Notes under the pieces: generated by a model
What the model was told of the DNA's origin: nothing
The model's input: the letters and a program-made list of their open reading frames with translations, nothing else
Database searches by the model: none
Position numbers and translations under genes: made by a program
NCBI GenBank assembly: GCA_963707215.1
Contig: CAVPPB010000003.1
Location: forward strand, 384,001-448,000
Direction of reading: 5' to 3'
Length of the DNA: 64,000 nucleotides
Source of the DNA: an uncultured Chloroflexia bacterium
GTDB lineage: Bacteria; Chloroflexota; Limnocylindria; Limnocylindrales; CSP1-4
Shown here: positions 60,161-64,000 of the stretch, piece by piece
Position numbering within the stretch: position 1 is the stretch's first letter
Layout of the letters: every line of letters starts with the position of its first letter

Positions 60161-61377
60161 GCCGGCGAGAGGATCGGCGCGATCCGCTCCATCGCCCAGT
60201 CGATCTCGTCCCGGGTGATGATCAGCGGCGGGGCGAAGCGGATCGTGTCGACGTGGGTCTCCTTGGCCAGGATCCCGTCACGCTGGAGCGCCTCGCAGAA
60301 GGGCCGCGCGCCGCCGACCTCCCCGTGGAGCTCGACGCCGATCAGCAGGCCCCGGCCGCGGACCTCCTTGACGAGCGGGCTGGCGAGCTCGCGAAGGCGG
60401 GTCATGAAGTACTCGCCCATGGACGCCGCGTTCTTGGCCAGATCCTCGTCCACCAGGACTCGCAGGGCGGCCCGGGCAACCGCGCAAGCCAGGGGGTTCC
60501 CACCGAACGTGCTGCCGTGGGTCCCGGCCGTGAAGAGACCCAGGATCTGCCGACTGGCCAGGACCGCCGAGACCGGGTAGAAGCCGCCCGATAGAGCCTT
60601 GCCGATCGTGACCATGTCGGGCCGGACGTCCTCGTGGTCGGTGGCGAACAGGCGGCCCGTGCGACCCAGGCCCGTCTGGATCTCGTCGGCGATCAGGAGC
60701 ACCCGGTGGCGCGAGCAGAGCTCGCGAACCCGCTGAAGGTAGCCCTCGGGCGGGACGATGACCCCGCCCTCGCCCTGGATCGGCTCGACGATGAAGGCCG
60801 CCGTCTCCGGCGTGATCGCCGCGTCCAGCGCCTCGACATCGCCGTACGGCACCAGGTCGAACCCGGGCGTGAGCGGACCGAAGCCTGCCCGGTAGAGCGG
60901 CTCGGAGCTGAAGCTGACGATGGAGATCGTCCGACCGGCGAAGTTGCCTTCGGCCGCGATGATGCGGGCCTGCCCCTCCGGCACGCCCTTGACCTCGTAG
61001 GCCCACTTCCGGGCCGCCTTGAGGGCGGTCTCGACCGCCTCCGCCCCGCTGTTCATCGGCAGGACCATCTCGTAGCCGGTCAGCTCGCAGAGCTCCCGGT
61101 AGTAGGGCCCCAGCTGGTCGTTGCGGAAGGCCCGACTGGTGAGCGGGAGGCGCCCGGCCTGCTCGACGAGCGCCTCGAGGATCCGGGGATGGGCATGGCC
61201 CTGGTTGACCGCGCTGTATGCACTCAGGCAGTCCAGGTACCGGTTGCCGTCCACGTCCCAGACCCAGACGCCCTCGCCGCGCGTCAGCACGACGTCGAGA
61301 GGGTGGTAGTTGGGAGCGCCGTAGCGGTCTTCGAGCTCGATCAGCTCGCGCGTGGACGATCGCTCGACGAGCGTCAT
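60157..61377 (-). CDS. rocD: Ornithine-oxo-acid transaminase
   Basis: [36 protein letters not shown]. Confidence 0.93.
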   Translation of the reverse strand: MTLVERSSTRELIELEDRYGAPNYHPLDVVLTRGEGVWVWDVDGNRYLDCLSAYSAVNQGHAHPRILEALVEQAGRLPLTSRAFRNDQLGPYYRELCELTGYEMVLPMNSGAEAVETALKAARKWAYEVKGVPEGQARIIAAEGNFAGRTISIVSFSSEPLYRAGFGPLTPGFDLVPYGDVEALDAAITPETAAFIVEPIQGEGGVIVPPEGYLQRVRELCSRHRVLLIADEIQTGLGRTGRLFATDHEDVRPDMVTIGKALSGGFYPVSAVLASRQILGLFTAGTHGSTFGGNPLACAVARAALRVLVDEDLAKNAASMGEYFMTRLRELASPLVKEVRGRGLLIGVELHGEVGGARPFCEALQRDGILAKETHVDTIRFAPPLIITRDEIDWAMERIAPILSPA

Positions 61378-61383
61378 GGGAGG

Positions 61384-62160
61384 TCACCGTGCACGTGCGT
61401 GGCTGCTCGTTTGGCACTCGGGAACAGCCGTACCGATGGCAGCGCGATGATAGCGCCGGGCGGTCCCGGACGCCGGGTCAGCCGCGGGAGGTCCCGATCG
61501 CGACGGTCCCCGCGCCATCTCGACCCGAGCCTTGACGCCCTTGAGCATCCCCACTTCCATGTAATGGTGGAGAAGCTCACCGGGTCCCCGGTCGATCAGC
61601 GCCGCGAGCGGCCACAGGATCGGCCAGAGGATGGGCACCCGACGGGCGAACGGCTCGCTCCAGCCGCCGCGAGTCCGGGCGATGAGGCGGGTCCGCGTGC
61701 TCCCGTCGAGTGGCTCGAGGATGAGTCGCTCGCCGGCCCACATGGCCCTGGGCGGATCGACGAGGATCACCGGGACCGTGTTGAACCGCGAATAGGGAAC
61801 GCGGTCGCCGACCGCCAGCGCCTGCCACTCGGGGTGGATCCGCGTCGAGGAGTGGCCGTCGGCGTAGGTGACGAACAGGAGCCGCTCGACCCACTCGTGC
61901 GTGTAGAAGCCCGCCCGTCCCGAGCCCATCTGCACCAGCCACGGCCAGACCTCGTCGGGCGGAGCCTCGATGGTGATCGCCCGGGTCGAGACCGGCCGGT
62001 CGCCCATCGGGTTGTCGATCTCGTCCCCCGGAAGGATCTTGCTGACCTCCTCGTCGGTCGCACCCCAGCGGCTCATCCGTGGCCGGAAGACGACGACGCA
62101 GAGCGCCGCCGCCGCGGCCACGATGAGCACCCTGGATCCGCGCGAGATGTCCGCCACCCT
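61384..62160 (-). CDS. SRPBCC-like hypothetical protein; start approximate
   Basis: WGATDEE....LPGD...[24 protein letters not shown]. Confidence 0.75.
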   Translation of the reverse strand, partial: RVADISRGSRVLIVAAAAALCVVVFRPRMSRWGATDEEVSKILPGDEIDNPMGDRPVSTRAITIEAPPDEVWPWLVQMGSGRAGFYTHEWVERLLFVTYADGHSSTRIHPEWQALAVGDRVPYSRFNTVPVILVDPPRAMWAGERLILEPLDGSTRTRLIARTRGGWSEPFARRVPILWPILWPLAALIDRGPGELLHHYMEVGMLKGVKARVEMARGPSRSGPPAADPASGTARRYHRAAIGTAVPECQTSSHARAR

Positions 62161-62407
62161 CGTCAAGTGCGTTGGATCCGACCGCGCCAACCGCGCAGCC
62201 CGTGATCGACGCCCCATCTTCGGGCTCGGGAGCGGGCCGGTCAACGGTATGACAGCTCACCGCGCGCGGGGGTCGCTGGGCCTCCTGCACCCGGCCCACC
62301 GACGGGGGGCCACGGGAGTTCCTTCCCCGGATCGGTCGCCGCGGCTCGACCCGGGCGTCGGGGGACATCCAGTGACGCCGTGCGAGCGGTCGGCACCCGG
62401 GCAGCAC

Positions 62408-62433
62408 GAAGCGCCCGCTCGTGCGGGCGCTTC
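62408..62433. terminator. Hairpin downstream of the HTH gene
   Basis: GAAGCGCCCGC-TCGT-GCGGGCGCTTC. Confidence 0.6.
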
Positions 62434-62484
62434 ACGGTCCCTGGCGAGCCAGGCAGGCGGCGCGCCGGGACGGCGCGGCCGGAC

Positions 62485-62679
62485 CTAGCGATTCCTGTGG
62501 AGGAACTCCATCACGTCGTCGAGGCGGAAGCGGCGATCGCCCCGCTTGCAGACGCGGTAGAACGGAAGCTCCCCTCGATCCCCGAGCCGCTTCACGGTGT
62601 TGACGTGGAGATGGAGCATCTCCGCGACCTCGCTGGCGGTGAGCATGGGGCCGAGCTCGTTGACGGCCATCGATGCCAT
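62485..62679 (-). CDS. Small excisionase/BldC-like HTH DNA-binding protein
   Basis: [37 protein letters not shown]. Confidence 0.88.
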   Translation of the reverse strand: MASMAVNELGPMLTASEVAEMLHLHVNTVKRLGDRGELPFYRVCKRGDRRFRLDDVMEFLHRNR

Positions 62680-62864
62680 GTGCCGGTCCTGCCTCATGTG
62701 TGCGACCTAGCGTGGGTGCTGTGCATGCGGGTGGACCGGGGTACGGTCCGGCTCGCTGCGTGGCGGAGCGTAGGGGTGCGGACCACAGCCGGCCAAGACG
62801 ACCATGGTCCCGGGTCGCCTAGTACGGCCGCCGACCCACCGGATGATGGACGGGGGCCCTGCGC

Positions 62865-64000
62865 TCAGGCTCCGGGCGATCCCGCCTGGATCGAGACGGC
62901 AGCGGCCGCGTCCGATTCGACCACGATCGCCTGGCCCAGCGACCACAGGGTGAGTGCCGTCAGGGCCACCATGAGTACGGCGAGGGGGACCTGGCGGGCA
63001 CGGATCCTTCGGGCCGTCGCCGCGTCGTCGGCCGCGCCCCCTTCCTCGCGCATCGCGGCCTCGTGGCCGGCGTAGGCACCCAGCATGTGGCCGCCGACGA
63101 CGGCGAGCAGCTGGATCGTCCAGATGATCCCCGGCGGGATCGCCGCGATCGAGGGTTCGTAGAACGCGGTGCCGAAGAGGTCCCAGCCGAGCTGGAACGG
63201 ATCCGAGATGGCGATGACGATCCGCTGCCCGTCGACGAGCAGATAGGTCAGGTAGTGGGCCACCAGGTAGCCCACCGCGATCGGCAGCAGCCCGGCCCCC
63301 AGGGCCGACAGGCCAGCCAGGCGGCTGACGCCCAGGACGATCGATACGAGGATCCCCAGGAACGCGGCCAGGATGAGCGTGGCGGCCGGCAGGCCGGGCA
63401 GGCCGAACAGGTCGAACCAGACCTGGGTCTGGGAGAGGCCGTCATAGATGATCGAGCCGGTGGCGAGGGTCACCAGGACCACCAGGGCGCTCGACCAGGA
63501 CGGCGTCTCGAAGCCGGCGCCGAGTGGCTGCCGGCGCACCCGGCTGCCCCCGGGGTCGTCAGCGTCGAGAACGAAGGGCGCCAGCCGACCGAGCGTCCGG
63601 AACCAGACCGTGAAGGTCTCGCCGCGGGCTCGCCACTCGTCCCGCCCAAACTGGGCCATCGCCGCCAGGGTCAGCACGGTGTAGCCGACCATGATGGCGC
63701 CGAGGGTGGTCCCGCTCGAGGCCGCCGTGAAGACCAGCTCGAGCCAGACGAAGAAGGCGAAGCCGGCGACCGCCGGCCAGTGACCCAGGCCGGTCGGATA
63801 GGCTGCGACCCGCCATCCGCCGACACCGATCCGCCGGAGCGCCGCGGCTCCCAGGTCGTGGAGGGACGCGAAGGGGTCGAGCCACTCCCAAGCCGGCCCC
63901 AGGAAGGCCGAGACCATGGCCAGGCCGACCCACCCGAACACCCACAGGAAGAGCGAGGCCACGTCGGCGTCCCCCCCTCCACCGAGGATCGCCTGGGCGA
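62865..64000 (-). CDS. Conserved multi-pass membrane protein; 5' end outside the window
   Basis: Long hydrophobic ORF with LLPIAVGYLVAHY and DPFQLGWDLFG. Confidence 0.8.
   Translation of the reverse strand, partial: AQAILGGGGDADVASLFLWVFGWVGLAMVSAFLGPAWEWLDPFASLHDLGAAALRRIGVGGWRVAAYPTGLGHWPAVAGFAFFVWLELVFTAASSGTTLGAIMVGYTVLTLAAMAQFGRDEWRARGETFTVWFRTLGRLAPFVLDADDPGGSRVRRQPLGAGFETPSWSSALVVLVTLATGSIIYDGLSQTQVWFDLFGLPGLPAATLILAAFLGILVSIVLGVSRLAGLSALGAGLLPIAVGYLVAHYLTYLLVDGQRIVIAISDPFQLGWDLFGTAFYEPSIAAIPPGIIWTIQLLAVVGGHMLGAYAGHEAAMREEGGAADDAATARRIRARQVPLAVLMVALTALTLWSLGQAIVVESDAAAAVSIQAGSPGA

Overview
Very GC-rich bacterial chromosomal window. The gene content suggests Chloroflexota, possibly a Limnocylindria-like lineage, but this is inference only. 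Most of it is housekeeping and accessory metabolism: a short-chain acyl-CoA cluster with a B12-dependent mutase carrying isobutyryl-CoA-mutase signatures, aminotransferases, tyrosine phenol-lyase, radical SAM enzymes, ECF sigma factors and hydrolases. The standout is about 10.2-17.3 kb. There, tRNA-Lys(CTT) is flanked by a phage-type tyrosine integrase and a Prim-Pol fragment. Further left, six same-orientation copies of a 26-bp core (GGCCCCCGTCGCCCGGCCGTGGGCTG) each separate one unrelated membrane or secreted gene from the next. The longest copies form an imperfect 80-85 bp hairpin. The layout is cassette-array-like but has no IntI and no canonical attC. Other points: a truncated globin coupled to a PAS adenylate cyclase, an apparent GT-C/sugar-ABC-permease fusion, an ECF sigma coupled to an Ogt-Ada fusion, and pervasive leaderless -10 boxes. 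Many conserved genes carry single-base frameshifts, most likely long-read sequencing errors, so frameshift-based pseudogene calls are unreliable here.
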